This document shows positions 1-14,497 of a stretch of 64,000 nucleotides of DNA, piece after piece. Within the stretch, counting starts at the first letter, position 1. The number at the start of each line of letters is the position of its first letter. The position numbers and the translations under genes were made by a program. Under the pieces are notes generated by a model that was not told where the DNA came from, ran no database searches, and saw nothing but the letters and a program-made list of their open reading frames with translations. The stretch is from Blepharisma stoltei ATCC 30299 (lineage: Eukaryota > Protista > Ciliophora). The stretch lies in the NCBI GenBank assembly GCA_965603825.1, contig CBFDEM010000024.1, forward strand, positions 558,001-622,000, given 5' to 3'.

Positions 1-3000
1 GAAACTTGAGAACGGCTGATTCCTTCAGATGGGATTTCTCCTAGTAATTTCTAAGCAGCTGGAAGATATAGTGGCGGCTCTTTTGGTCTTTTATCACAAG
101 ACTTATATTGTATTTTTGGAGGAATGTCGCTTACAGGACCTATAAACGATCTATGATGCTTTCAAACTAAAGGATTTTTATGGAACCAAATTACTACTTC
201 TGGAGATGCTCCTACACCAAGAATGAGGTTTGGATATACTTCTTTTTATGACAAAAACAATGTTTTGCAGTTTGTGGTTTTTGGAGGTGTAACTATATCA
301 GGGGTTGATAGTAATCTTTACATGTAAATTTCATATAGCCTTAACACCTCAACTTGAGTTTGATCTGCAATAGAAGTAGAAGGCGATACTCCTTTAAACT
401 CTGAAGAGCCATCACTAGTTTACTATAATAAAAAACTTTATACAGCTGGTGGAGGAAATACCTATGCAAAAATTTCACATAATGAGGCATTGCTTTATTT
501 TGATTTAGAATCAAGCGATAAGAAATGGCACAATATCACGTCTAGTAACACTTATACATATAGAATTTTCAATGGGAGCTTTTTAAAAGGTTCTGAATTA
601 TATTTGATGATGGGCTATTCAACTGATAGCAAATCTCATGAAAGCAGCTGATATAAAGTTGACTTAGAAGATCCGGACTATGACTGAAAAACAGTTTCCA
701 TTTCTGAAGATATAAATAGAAATTTAGAAATTGACAGTTACGGCTGAACTCTTATTGAGAACACCTTATATATTTTTGGAGGAGATAAAAATCCACCTTT
801 AATTAACCAATTAGCAATACTTGATATATCAGTCTCCCCAATAACTTTTTCAGTTTTTGAGAATTACTTATCACCTACCTCCAGAATGTATCATTCACTG
901 CAGCCAATTGGGCCTAATTTATATTTATTTGGTGGTTTAGGTGATAATGGGAATATTTATAACGATTTTTGAGCTTTTAATGTCATGAAAGAAGAATGAA
1001 GCCTAATAAATTCTCAAGGACAAGTTCCTTCTAAAAGGTACGGATATGCGTCAGCTGTAAACGCTGATATTATGCTTGTATGAGGTGGGTATAGCCAAGA
1101 AGGATATTTAAATGATGGTTATATATATGATATAACTTCAGAAAAATGATATGCTATATCTTACACAGGCACAGCTCCAAGCCCAAGGGTCGGCGCCTGT
1201 GCTGATTTTATAGGCTGATTTATTTATATATACGGCGGACTAACTGAAGGCGGTCTATCAGACGAACTGTGAGCTTATGATGTGACCACAGAAACATATA
1301 GCCTCATTACTAGTAAAAGTGGCCCAGGAGCTCTTTATTTTTCTACCTGCAGCGCTGATATACACAAAGTTTTATGGGTCCTATATGGTGAAAGTGATGA
1401 TGACACCCCAACTAACAAAATTTACGGCTTTGATACAGGAAAAAGTTCATGAATAAAATATAATGATGACACAAGTGATACAACTTATAGCAGAAGCAGG
1501 GCTGCCGTTTTTAAAACTACTGAACAATTTTTAATAGTAGGAGGGGAGTCCTGAGGGTTATATCCAAACACTGAGTTGTTTTATTTTACTACAGAAGCTT
1601 CTCAATTTACTTTGCTGGGAAATCTCGATGATGTATTTTTTGCTCCAGGCTATACTTATTTTCAGAATGATTTTTATATACATGGAGGAGGGACTTCAGC
1701 GACGACTCTTTTAAGGTTCAGTGTCCCTGATAATAAATTTTTAAAGCTTTCAAAGCATTTGTTTTGTCCTGAAAATAGTCCTTGCAATTTCACTTGCAGT
1801 TATGGAACTTATAAAACTGCATCAAACTGCGAAATTTGTCCACAAGGAACGTATTCAGATAAATTTAATTTATATGAGTGCAAAAAATGCCCATCAGGGA
1901 AATATGGACCTCATTATGGGGCGACAAGCTTAGATATGTGCTACCCTTGTTCAGAAAATTTTTATAATGATAAAGAAGGCCAAGAGCGCTGTATTAATTG
2001 TCCAGCAACTTCTATATGCAAAGTTGGAAGTAAAGCTTATACTAGCTATATAAGGAACTTTGAAGATTCCTCAGTCCAACCTCAAATATACTCTGCAAAC
2101 CAAGACGAAATTAATCAAAATACTTTAATTATTCAAATTGTTGTCGGAATTACAGGGCTTTTAGTAGTGATTTATATGATTATTTCCAAAAAAAGCAAAG
2201 AAATTTTACAAAGTTTCGACTTGTATATAGACAAGCATAACCATTTTATCAACGAGCCTATGTATTTAAAAAATACCAGTGTAGGTGGATTATTTGGAAT
2301 TATTTTTATTTTTTTAGCAATGATCATTATAGGGACTGAGCTCGTTAGTTTTGCATCAAATAATATTTATGAGATAAAAAGTTTGATCCCACTTGTGGTG
2401 CTTGAGCAAGATATTCCAAAAGTAATTTTTATTTTAGTTTGAGGCGGATTTTATAATATCAATTACTTTAATGAATTATGGAAGCTCATGTGTTTCTACT
2501 GGCAATGTATGTTCAGCTTATATATTTTCTAATATTGATGGTATTACTGGGAATTGGGAAGAATTGAGCTGTGAGCAAAAGGATAATGGTGACTGTATGG
2601 TTTATACCAAATGCCATAAATGCACAATTAACAAGCAAGGGCTATTGAAAATCATTATGGAGGACCCAAATGGGTACACTTCTGGGTATAGCGTAAACGT
2701 AACTTCTTCATCGTCGATTCCTAATAAATACAGTAGCTATAACCATACCATTCTTTCTGACACAAATTTTGTGTTTAGTGGAAGCGACCCTACTGTGATA
2801 TATTTTGATATTATACCATCAGTAATTTATAGCTAGTACTATAAAGATACCCAAGAAAGCGGAAACTATACAGGCTATCATGTATCTTTAGATAAGGCGT
2901 CACATAAAGGATCACAATTTGAGCCATACGTGTAAGGTTTATATAGGCTAGGACTGACGTTTATTAATTACTTGACTATAGAGTTTGATGTAGATAATAA

Positions 3001-3313
3001 TGGCCTCGCTACTACGAGATATTACAACCAGACGTGGATTATTTTACTAACGACACTGTTAAGCTCAATATTTGGAGTAAAAGGAGCTATTGGAGGACTC
3101 ATGAAATTTATTGAGAAAAAAATAATTTTACTTCACAAAAAGAAAAAACATATAGATATGCTAAAAGCTCTTGAAAAAAATTCCAAGTTTATAGAAAAAC
3201 TCAGAGAGCACTCAGATTTTAAAGTTACTAAAGACTTAGATTCCCCAAACATCAAACGAACCGAAGAGGGAGAAACAGAAAAAGAAAAATTAAGCCGAAA
3301 GGAGGCGGCTTAG
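1..3313 (+). CDS. Array copy 1 (subtype A, 5'-partial): kelch-repeat, Cys-rich, 3-TM membrane protein
   Basis: Reads open from base 1 (ETWERLIPSDG) with TGA=Trp. Introns 44-58, 324-338, 2422-2437 (16 nt), 2822-2836, 2932-2946. 3313-76=3237 nt, which is 1079 codons, ending TAG. Joins ORFs 1576, 2471 and 2972. Confidence 0.9.
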
Positions 3314-3387
3314 AGGCAAACTCTAGATTTAATCATGAACAAATATATTAATTTAAAATAGTACCAAATTCTATGTAAAATGAAATA

Positions 3388-6300
3388 ATGCACAAAAATG
3401 GGTTCCTGCTGTTTTATTTTAGCTTCGTAATAGGAGTAGAAATTGAGTTTCTTCCTTATACTAATCCTCCGCCTAGTTCCAGAGCTTTTCCTCTTATGGA
3501 AAGCTACCCAAGTTATGATATCATTCTTATTTACTCTGGGAACTCAAACCCAACTACTATATACAGTGACATCTGGCTGTTTAACACCACTCTATTACAA
3601 TGGGAAAGGCTTTTTCCCTCAAACGAAGACATCCCAGGTAAAACTTATTCAGTCGCAAGGTACAATGGAGGCTCTTTTATATCAGAAAGCAATCGTCTTT
3701 TTTATATATTTGGAGGAATATCTCTTGCAGGTCCTATAAATGACTTATGGAGTTTTCAAGCAGATGGATTTTTATGAACAAAAATAGAAACATATGGGGA
3801 TATTCCGTTGCCGAGGATGAGATTTGGGTATACTTCTTATAATGATGATTATGGAAATTTACAATTTGCTATATTTGGAGGAATAACAGGATATGGGACA
3901 GATAGTAATCTTTTTATGTAAAATTTTATTTAGACTTAACACAACTACCTGGACATGAACAGAAGTAAAAGCTAGTGGTGATCTTCCGCCTGCCATTGAA
4001 GGCCCATCTCTTGCTTACTACAAAAAAAGGCTTTATTTAGCAGGCGGATATGCCACTTATTTAAAAAACCCAAACATTCAAACATTTTTCTATTATGATT
4101 TATCCTCAAATGAATGAGTCAATATTACGTCGTCACAGTCATATGTTCCACGTTTGCATCAAGGAAATTTCATATATAATGACGAGTTTTATCTAATGGC
4201 AGGATATTCATTATCTCTAGGTTCTCTTGATATTTCATGATATAAAGTCAGCCTAATAGGCCCAAACTATAACTGAGTTAAAATTGAAATTACTTCAGAC
4301 GATGCAGATTCCATAAAACAAGACAGCTACGGCTTCGCTATTGCAGGCGATACAGTTTATCAATTTGGAGGCAACAAAACCCCAAAACCGACTAATCGAT
4401 TAGCGATTTTTAACTTAAAAAATTCACCTATATGTGCGCAAGTCATAGCTGAAAACCTTTCCCCATCCCCAAGAATGCACCATTCTTTATTGCAAGTAGG
4501 GAATTATTTATATACTTTTGGAGGGAGAGGAGATTATAATGAACTTTTAAATGACTTGTGGGAATTTGAGCCTGAAAATGATTATTGGCAGCTTAAAGTC
4601 CCTACTGGAGATGTCCCGTCTAAGCGACATAGCTATGCAGCAGCTTCAGAAGGAGATCATATGCTTATATGAGGAGGAATAGGCCAAGGAGGGTATTTAA
4701 ATGATGGGTATTTATATAATATAAACACAAACCTATGAAACTCATTAACTTATACTGGAATTAATCCTAGCCCAAGATTAGGTGCATGCATAGGGCTACA
4801 AGGCGAAAATGTTTACATATATGGCGGCTTAACAGATTCAGGACTCTCTGATGAGCTTTGACTCTATAGCATAAATTCAAAAACCTATACACTCCTCGAC
4901 CATGCCAACTCGTATGGCCCGGGGCCTATTTTTTACCCTACTTGTAGCCTTTTCTCGTCAAGTCCTGTACTTTATATAATTTATGGAGAATCCGATAATA
5001 ATATTCCTGCAAATAAAATTTATGGGTATAATATAAACACAGGGAAATGAAAATTATATTATGATGGGTCAGAAGACACCGAACATAGTAAAAGTAGAGC
5101 TGCTATATATAAAACTCCAAATATCACCATTTTTGCAGGCGGAGAGTCTCAAGGAACATATCCGAATAATGAAATCCTTATTTATTCAAGCTATTATAAA
5201 GAATGAGAATCCCTTGGATTTCTCCCTTATACAGCTATAGCTCCTGCGTCTATATATTATCAGGATTATTTTTATATATATGGAGGTGGGACTGCTGAAG
5301 ATACACTTATAAGATTTAGCATTCCTAGTAATAAATTTATTAGGTTAAGCTTAGCATCATTATGCAGCAATGGGACATGCCCATTCACGTGTAGCCCAGG
5401 GACTTATATGACTTCTAATGGCTGCAAGGTATGCACTCCAGGGTACTATTCTGATGAATTTGGATTAAATAATTGTTTAGCATGCCCTAAAGGGAAATAT
5501 AATCCTAATTATGGAGGGACTACTCTTGGCATGTGCTATCCTTGCCAAGAAGGGCAATTTAATGACAAAGAAGGCCAAGAACGCTGCTTAGATTGCCCTG
5601 GAGGTGCGACTTGCAATATTGGAAGTCTTAATTATGAGTATAAGATTACAGACTATAATGATTCATATATACAGCCGCCTATATATAAATCAAGCATTAG
5701 TGAGACAAGCCAAAACAATCTTATAACAGGAATTGTGGTCGGCACCGCAGGATTCTTAATTATTGCTTCTTTATCCATTATAAAGGAAAACAGAAAATAT
5801 TTATTATTTTTTGACTTATATATGAGCCTTCACAATTATGTTAAAAAACAAATTATGACTGTAAGGAAAACAAAAATCGGCGGGGTCTATGGGCTTGCAT
5901 TTTTATTTATTGCAATAGCGATCATTGAAATAGCGTTCGTAAATTATTTAGAAAAAAATATTTATGAAACAAAAAGCCTAGTCCCCTTTGTGGTTCTTGC
6001 CCAAGACGTAAGTAAAGTAATTTTTATGCAGTTTGAAGGCAATTTTGTGATTATCGTCACATTTATGAATTATGGAGGAAAATGTATTGATTATGATGAA
6101 GACAAAAATATAATATGCCCTTCATCAATTTCTCTTACAATTGAAGGCATTACAGGTCGTTGATCAGAACAAAGCTGCAGCCTCATGAGTAACGGCGACT
6201 GTTTAATAACAATTAGCTGTGCTAAATGCTCTATTTCTACACAAGGGAATATATATTATACAATGGATGACTCAACTGGGTACACATCTGGGTTTACTGC

Positions 6301-6883
6301 AAATATAACCTCATCTTCATCAATTCCTGGAAAATTAAGCAGCTATGAGACAACTGTGCTGCCTGATAGCAATTCTTTATTTTTTGGAGGAACGACTACT
6401 ATATATTATGATATGATATCATCAGTAATGGTAATTTAGTATTATGAAGATACCGTGAATAATAATAACGATACAGGATATCATGTAGATATTGACAAAA
6501 TTCCGAATAAAGGGCTACAATATCAATCTTTTGAGTAAAAAATATGCAGGTTGGGGTATGCTTTTATTAATTATTTAAAGCTGCAGCTTGATGTTGATGG
6601 GAATGGATTAACAACGAAGAAGTGGGCTACACAGACTTTTACTGTACTTATTTCTGCACTTCTAGGGTCTGTTTTTGCTGTTTTGGGAATAGTGGGAGGT
6701 GCAATGAGGCAGACAGAAAGCAGTAGAATTAAAATAAAGAAAATAATGGATCATACAAAGCTTGTTAAAGAAACTAAAAAAAATGCAAATAATATTTTTA
6801 CAGGTTATGGGAGGTGACAAAAGCATGGATATGATGGGAATGAATCTTCTGAAGAGTTTGATGAGTTTGAGGATAGAAAATAA
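3388..6883 (+). CDS. Array copy 2 (subtype B), 1139 aa
   Basis: Signal peptide MHKNGFLLFYFSFVIG. Introns 3638-3652, 3918-3933 (16 nt), 6017-6031, 6425-6439, 6535-6549. TGA at 6815 aligns with TGG in copies 4 and 6. TAA stop at 6881-6883. Spliced length 3420 nt. Confidence 0.9.
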
Positions 6884-7372
6884 ATTGATTTTATAAAAAT
6901 TAGTAGAAAATCGATTAAACTAAAAAGTTTAGGATAAATTTATTTTCATAGCTTCATTAAATTATTAGAATTTTAAATAAAAATTATTTATAATCCTTAG
7001 AAATTAAAGATCATTATTTGAGGCTTTAAACAAATTAAGCTAATGATTTGAATTTATTTTATGATAATCAGTTAGAAGCTTCTTTAATCTTTTTAATTTC
7101 CTAAAAAATAAGAATTTCATTTAAATAATAAAAATGATTATAAAGTATAATACTTCACGCTATCAATTTGAATTTTTTCCATTTTATATTTTAGAAAGTT
7201 CTAAAGAATTTAAAATATTAAAGAGCTCATAAATAGCATGAAAATTTGCTATTAAAATCTCTGCCTTAGATTTTGCAAGAGCATCCTTATTAAATGATCA
7301 CAATTTACTTTTCTCAATAACTTTCTATTTTGAAAAAATTCCAGTTATCTCAATAATTAATAGTAAAAAACT

Positions 7373-10300
7373 ATGCTCAATCTATTTCTATTACTTACAT
7401 TAGCGTTAGGATTTACCCCTGACCGAATACCCGCAACAAATCCTCCTCCAGATGCTCGTGCACATTCTCTGATGGCCAATTTTCCAGGTCTTAATCTTAT
7501 TATGATTTTTGGAGGCTATTCAGACCCAACTAATTCAATTTATAGTGATATATGGGCTTTCGATTTATTAGCGGAAACCTGAGAAAGGCTTGTTCCTTCA
7601 GATGGAAATTCACCAGGTAACTTCTAATTAGCTGGAAGATATAGTGGAGCTGCCTTTCCAGTTATAAGTCAAGCTTTGTACTGCATTTTCGGAGGAATGT
7701 CGCTAGCTGGACCTTTAAATGATTTATGGTGTTTCCAATCTCAAGGATTTTTATGAGACCAAATTGTATCTACTGGAGACGTCCCTTCCCCTAGAATGAG
7801 ATTTGGGTCAACATCATTTTATGATGAAAATAATGTCCTGCAGTTTGCTGTAATAGGAGGAGTAACTTTGTCTGGGGTGGATAATTACCTTTATATGTAA
7901 ATTTCATATAGTCTTGACACTTCTACGTGGGTTTGGACTAAAAAAGAACCGCTAGGAGATGCTCCTTCAAATTTAGAAGGATCATCACTTGTATATTACA
8001 AAAATAAAATTTTTACTGCTGGAGGGGAAAATACTTTTGATAAAATTTCTCATATAGAAACTTTGCTTTACTTTGATTTGGATCCAAGTGATAATAAATG
8101 GCATAATGTTACTTCTAGTATAACCTATACATCAAGAATTCTTGGAGGGAGTTTTTTGAAAAATTCTGAATTATACTTAATGATGGGCTATTCAATTGAG
8201 CAAAATTCTTTTGTCAGCACGTGATATAAAGTAGACCTAGACGATCCTAAATATGATTGATCCGAAGTCTCTATTGAAGAAGACCCTGATGGGTACTTAG
8301 CAATTGATAGCTATGGTTTCACATTTTTTAACGAAGCTTTATACATTTTTGGAGGTGACCAAAGGCCTCCTGTAATAAACCGTTTGGTTAAATTTGACTT
8401 GTCAGTTTTTCCATTTAAATTTGAAGTTTATGACAGCGACTATTCACCAACCCCAAGAATGTATCATTCAATGCAGCCTGTAGGGCCTAATTTATACTTA
8501 TTTGGCGGTCTAGGTGATAATGGAGCAGCTTATAACGATTTTTGGGCTTTTAATGTTATGAAAGAAAAATGAAGCCTAATAAGTCCTGAAGGCTCAGTCC
8601 CTTCTAAAAGGTACGGATATGCCTCATCTGTAAGCGCTGATGTCATGCTTGTATGAGGCGGATATGGAAATGAAGGGTATTTAAATGATGGCTATTTATA
8701 TGATATCAGCTCAGGAAAATGGTCTGCGCTAGAATATACTGGAACAGCGCCCGCTCCAAGGGTAGGGGCATGTGCTGGGCTAAGTGGCTGGCTGATTTTT
8801 ATATACGGTGGAAAAACTGAAGCAGGGCTATCTGATGAGCTATGGACTTATGACATTACAACCCAAAAATACAATTTAATTAATAGTGGTGACAATGAAG
8901 GCCCAGGGCCGGTTTGGTTCGCAACTTGTAGAGTCTCTACATCTCAAAGCAGTTTTTTGTGGGTTCTTTATGGGGAAGCAAAAGATGACACCCCGACTAA
9001 TCAAGTTTATGGATATGACGCAGACCATAATATATGATGAGAATACAACGATGAACCATCAGACACTACTTATAGCAGAAGTCGAGCAGCAGTATGCAAG
9101 CCCTTACAAAGAATTCTTGTTGCGGGAGGCGAAACATATGGTCTCTTTCCCAACTCAGACATTTTTTACTATTCTACTGAAGATTTTGAGTTTACCATGC
9201 TTGGAAATATAACTGACTCATTTTTTGCTTCTGCTAATGCATATTTTCAAAATTATTTTTATATACATGGAGGAGGGACTTCAGCTTCTAGCCTGCTAAG
9301 ATTCAGTGTGCCTAGTAATATATTTTTAAGACTCCCTATGTGGTCGTTTTGCACTGATAATACAACTTGCAATTTTGCATGCAGCTATGGGAGCTATAGG
9401 ACTTCTTCTAACTGTGAAATTTGTCCATTGGGGACGTATTCAGATGAGTTCAATATGACTGAGTGCAAGAAATGCCCTGAAGGAAAATATGGCCCACACT
9501 ATGGAGCGACAAGTCTGGATATGTGCTATCCATGCCCTGAAGGAGAATACAATAATCAAAAAGGTCAAGGCCATTGCTTGGATTGTCCTCATACGTCAAC
9601 ATGCAGAGCAGGAAGCAAAACTTCTGATTATAATTCTTATTATTACCATGACTCATATATTCAGCCTCCAATTTATTCTGCTGATGCAGGAGAAGCAAGA
9701 AGAAATAATTTGATTATTGAGGTGGTTGTAGGGGTTGTAGGTTTAATAGTTATCATTGTGATGGTATTATTAAGAAAAGTAGAAACATTTTTATTTTATT
9801 TTGATATATATTCAGATAAACACAACCATTTTATAGGTAAGCCAATGTATTTAAAACGAACAAAACTAGGAGGGGTTTTTGGAATGGCTTTTATATTCTT
9901 AGCAATTATTATCATTGGGGTGGAAATCGTAAATTATGTCTTAAATAACGTTTACGAAACAAAAAGCCTAGTCCCGCTTGTAGTGCTCGAGCAAGATACC
10001 CCAAAAGTAATTTTTAAGCAGTTTGAAGCTGAATTTTTAATAACAATTACACTGATGAATTATGGAGGGGCATGTGTTGATGGTCCTTGCGCATCCAGTA
10101 AGATTTATTCTGATATAACTGGAATTACAGGAAACTGAACAACGTCATATTGCAAAGAAGAAGAAAATGGAGACTGTGTGATTTCTACTTTATGCATTAA
10201 ATGCTCAGTTACTAAGCAAGGGAAATTCACTATTACAATGGACGATACAAGTGGGTATACATCAGGCTATGTGGTAAATTTAACAGCTTCTTCCTCTATA

Positions 10301-10888
10301 CCACGCAAATATAGCAGCTATAAGACTTACGTTTTACCTGATGACAATTATGTATTTATAGGAAGTGACCCAACCAGGATTTATTATGACATAATCCCAT
10401 CAGTAATCGATATTTAGTATTATGAAGACACCGAAGAAACTGGCAACCATACAGGATATCATGTTTCTTTAGAAAAAGCAACCCATCAAGGATCGCGATT
10501 TAAACCATATGAGTGAATTTTATTTAGGCTTGGACTGGCATATATTAACTATTTAATTATATTTTTTGATGTCGACGGTAATGGCCTTGTAACTACTCGT
10601 TATTACAGGCAAACATGAATTCTATTATTAACAGCACTTTTGGGCTCGATATTTGGAATTTTGGGGACGATTGGAGGTCTAATGAAGTTCGCGGAAAAAA
10701 ATGTGTATGTCCTTCACAAGAGAAAAAAACATAAAAAATACTTGGAACAATTAGAAAAAAATTTTAAAATCATTAAAAAACTGAGAAAGTACCCAGATTT
10801 TAAAACTTATATAGGTGAAGAATCTCCAAGGTCGAGCCGGACAGCAAATGAAGCATCGGAAAAAGATAAATTGAACGCAGAAATATAG
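7373..10888 (+). CDS. Array copy 3 (subtype A), 1146 aa
   Basis: Signal peptide MLNLFLLLTLALG. Introns 7617-7631, 7897-7911, 10007-10021, 10403-10417, 10513-10527 (GTGA donor). Spliced length 3441 nt. Confidence 0.9.
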
Positions 10889-10997
10889 AAACGCGGTGGA
10901 TTGATTATTAGTTAAAATATTTATATAAATTTAAGCAGTTTCTTGTATTATAATAAAATGAGAAAACAAAATAAATTAACACTCAAAAATTAAATAA

Positions 10998-13900
10998 ATG
11001 AGAATTATTGGACTTCTTCTTTTTATGATAGTCTATGGAATAGATATTGAACGTATTCCAACTACGAATCCTCCTCCTAGTTCCAGAATTTTTCCAATAA
11101 TGGAAAGTTTTCCAAGTTATGATTGCATTATTGTCTATTCAGGAAATTCAAACCCTTCAACTATTTATAATGACATCTGACTTTTTAACATAACACTATT
11201 TCAATGAGAAAGGCTTTCTCCTTCAAATGACGAGGCCCCAGGTAAAGTTTATTTCAGTTCCAAGATACAACGGAGGCTCTTTTAAATCAGAAAGTAAACG
11301 TCTTTTGTACATATTCGGAGGAATGTCGCAATCAGGCCCTTTAAATGATTTATGATGCTTCCAGGCTGATGGATCTTTATGAGAAAAAGTTTTAACGAAA
11401 GGAAATATTCCACCATCTAGAATGAGATTTGGGTACGATTCTTATAATGATGAATATGGGAATTCTATTTTCGCTGTATTTGGAGGAATAACAGGCTCTG
11501 GAACGGACAATAGCCTTTATTTGTAAAATATAACTTAGACTGAATATCACTACATGGACATGAAAAGCTATGAAGCCGACTAATCTTCCTCCAAAACTTG
11601 AAGGTCCGTCATTACGATATTACGATAAAAAGTTATATTTGGCTGGCGGATATGCCACTTACTTAAAAGACCCAAACATAAAAACCACTTTTTATTACGA
11701 TTTATCCACAAATGACTGGGTAAACATAACAACTTCCAAGACTTACAGCCCAAGACTCCATCAAGGCAATTTCATTTACAAAGATGAATGATATTTAATG
11801 ACAGGCTATTCACTACCAAAGAGCTCTCTAGACACTACATGGTATAAGCTCGATTTAACTAGCTCCAGCTATGACTGAGTTGAAGTCCAAATGACAGAAG
11901 ACACTGAAAACATAACAAGGCAAGACAGTTATGGCTATGGTATTTCTGGCGATATGGCTTTCACATTTGCAGGAAATAAAATTCCAGATATTTCTAACCG
12001 ATTAGTAATTTACAACTTAAAAAATGAAATTATCACATATTATGCTCTCCCAGAAGATACCTCTCCTTCTCCTAGAATGTATCATTCTTTAGAGCCAATG
12101 GGCCGACATCTTTATACATTTGGTGGTTTAAGTGATAACGGTGAGCTTTTAAATGATTTATGATTATACGACACTATAGATGATTATTGACAAATAAAAG
12201 TACCTATTGGAGACATCCCATCTAAAAGGCACAGTTATGCTTCAGCCTCTGATGGAGACCATATGCTTATATGAGGGGGAAATGGTCAGGAAGGATACTT
12301 AAATGATGGGTATTTTTATAATATAAATACAAATACATATGTGGCGCTTACGTATAAAGGAAAGAATCCAAGCCCAAGAGTAGGAGCTTGTATAGTGATG
12401 CATGAAGAAAATATTTATTTATATGGTGGCTTGACAAATGCAGGGCTATCTGATGAGTTTTGGTATTATAGCATTAACACTCAGACCTATAAACTTTTAG
12501 ACTCTGGAAATTCAAATGGCCCTGGGCCATTAATTTACCCTAGATGCAGCCTTTCTACTACTGTATCCAATTTAATATATGTTTTGTATGGAGAAAGCGA
12601 AGACCTTTACCCCACAAACGAAATTTATGGCTTCAATGCAAAATCCTTAAAATGGAAACAATTTTACAGCATCGATACAAGCATCTACGCAAAGAGTAGA
12701 GCTGCTGTATTAAAGCTCCCAAATATAGTTATAGCTGCTGGTGGAGAATCAGAAGCCACTTACCCAACTAATGGAATTTATGCATACAATATTAAGTCTG
12801 ACCAATGGACATTTTTTGGAGTTCTTCCATATTCGACTTTCGGTCCAGCATCCACATATTTTAAAAACTATTTTTATATTCACGGCGGAGGTACTGCTGA
12901 GTACACATTATTAAGATTTAGTGTGCCAAGCAATAAATTTATCAAAATTGATTTAAAATCATTATGTACAACAGCAGATGATTGTGATTTTACTTGTAGC
13001 CCAGGGACATTTAATAGTTCTTCAAGCTGCGAAGTCTGTGAAGCAGGGACATATAGTGGTGAATTTGGGAAAAGTAGCTGCACACCTTGTACAAAAGGGA
13101 AATATGGCCCTCATGATGGGACTACAACTGGAGATATGTGCTATCCTTGCCAACAAGGGCAGTTTAATGACAAAGAAGGCAAGTCTTATTGTAATGATTG
13201 CCCAGGAGGAGCTACTTGCAATATTGGTAGCCTAACTTATAATTATAATATTACAGACTATAATGATACATTTGTCCAGCCAGCAATATATAAAACAAAT
13301 CAAGAAACAGTAGCAAAAAACAACTTAATCACAGGGGTGGTCGTGGGAGCTCTAGGGTGTTTAGTTATTTTATCATTAATAATTGTAAGAAGGAACAGAA
13401 AACACCTACTTTCTTGTGATTTGTATTCTGAAATGCATAACCACTTTGAAAGAGAGCTTATGTATATAAAAAGAAGAAAAATAGGTGGAGTTTTTGGAAT
13501 TATGTTTATTTTTATAGCAATAGCCATTATAGAAATTTCATTTGTGAATTATTTGAAAAAAAATGTTTTTGAAACTAAAAGTTTGGTACCACTTGTCGTG
13601 CTGAAGCAAGATGTTTCAAAAGTAAGTTTTAGGTAGTTTGAAGGGAATTTTTATATTACAATTACACTTATGAATTATGGAGGTACTTGTGTTAACTATA
13701 ATTCTTTAAATGAGATGACATGTCCTTCATCAATTTCTCATACAATTGACGGGATTAATGGGAACTGAGAAGAGCAGGATTGCGAGCTTCTGGATAATGG
13801 AGATTGCGTAATAACAATAAATTGTGTTAAATGCTCTATTAATACACAAGGGAACATATTTTATACAATGGACGACTCAAATGGGTATACCTCAGGATTT

Positions 13901-14497
13901 ATAGTAAACGTGACCTCATCTTCATCAATTCCTGGAAAAGCCAGCAGCTATAAAACTGCAGTTTTGCCTGATAATAATTATTTATTTTTCGGTGGCACGA
14001 CTGTTATATATTATGACATGGTCCCATCTGTAATAGTAATTCAGTATTATGAAGATACAATAAACAATAATAATGATACAGGATATCACGTTGATTTAAA
14101 ACAAGTTTCAAGCACTGGCACACAGTATCAGGCTTTTGAGTAAAAACTATGCAGGTTGGGGTACGCTTTTATTAATTATTTAGAACTAGAGCTTGATCTT
14201 AATAGAAATGGGCTTGTTACAAACAAAGGAGCAAAGCAGACATTTATTATGCTTATTTCTTCACTTTTAGGGTCTGTTTTTGCTGTTTTAGGGATTTTAG
14301 GAGGCATAATGAAGCAAACAGAAGATATTTGGCTTAAGATTAATAAACTAGTAAATCACGAAAAAAAGGTTGTGAAGTCAAGAAAGAACGCAGAAAATAT
14401 TTTCAGTGCTTATGGAGGATGGATGAATAATAATGATGAAGAAGAAGGAATGTCGGCTGGGAGCTCAGGTCCAATTAACAATAATATTGAAAAATAA
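10998..14497 (+). CDS. Array copy 4 (subtype B), 1140 aa
   Basis: Signal peptide MRIIGLLLFMIVYG. Introns 11242-11257 (16 nt), 11523-11538 (16 nt), 13622-13636, 14030-14044, 14140-14154. Spliced length 3423 nt. Confidence 0.9.
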
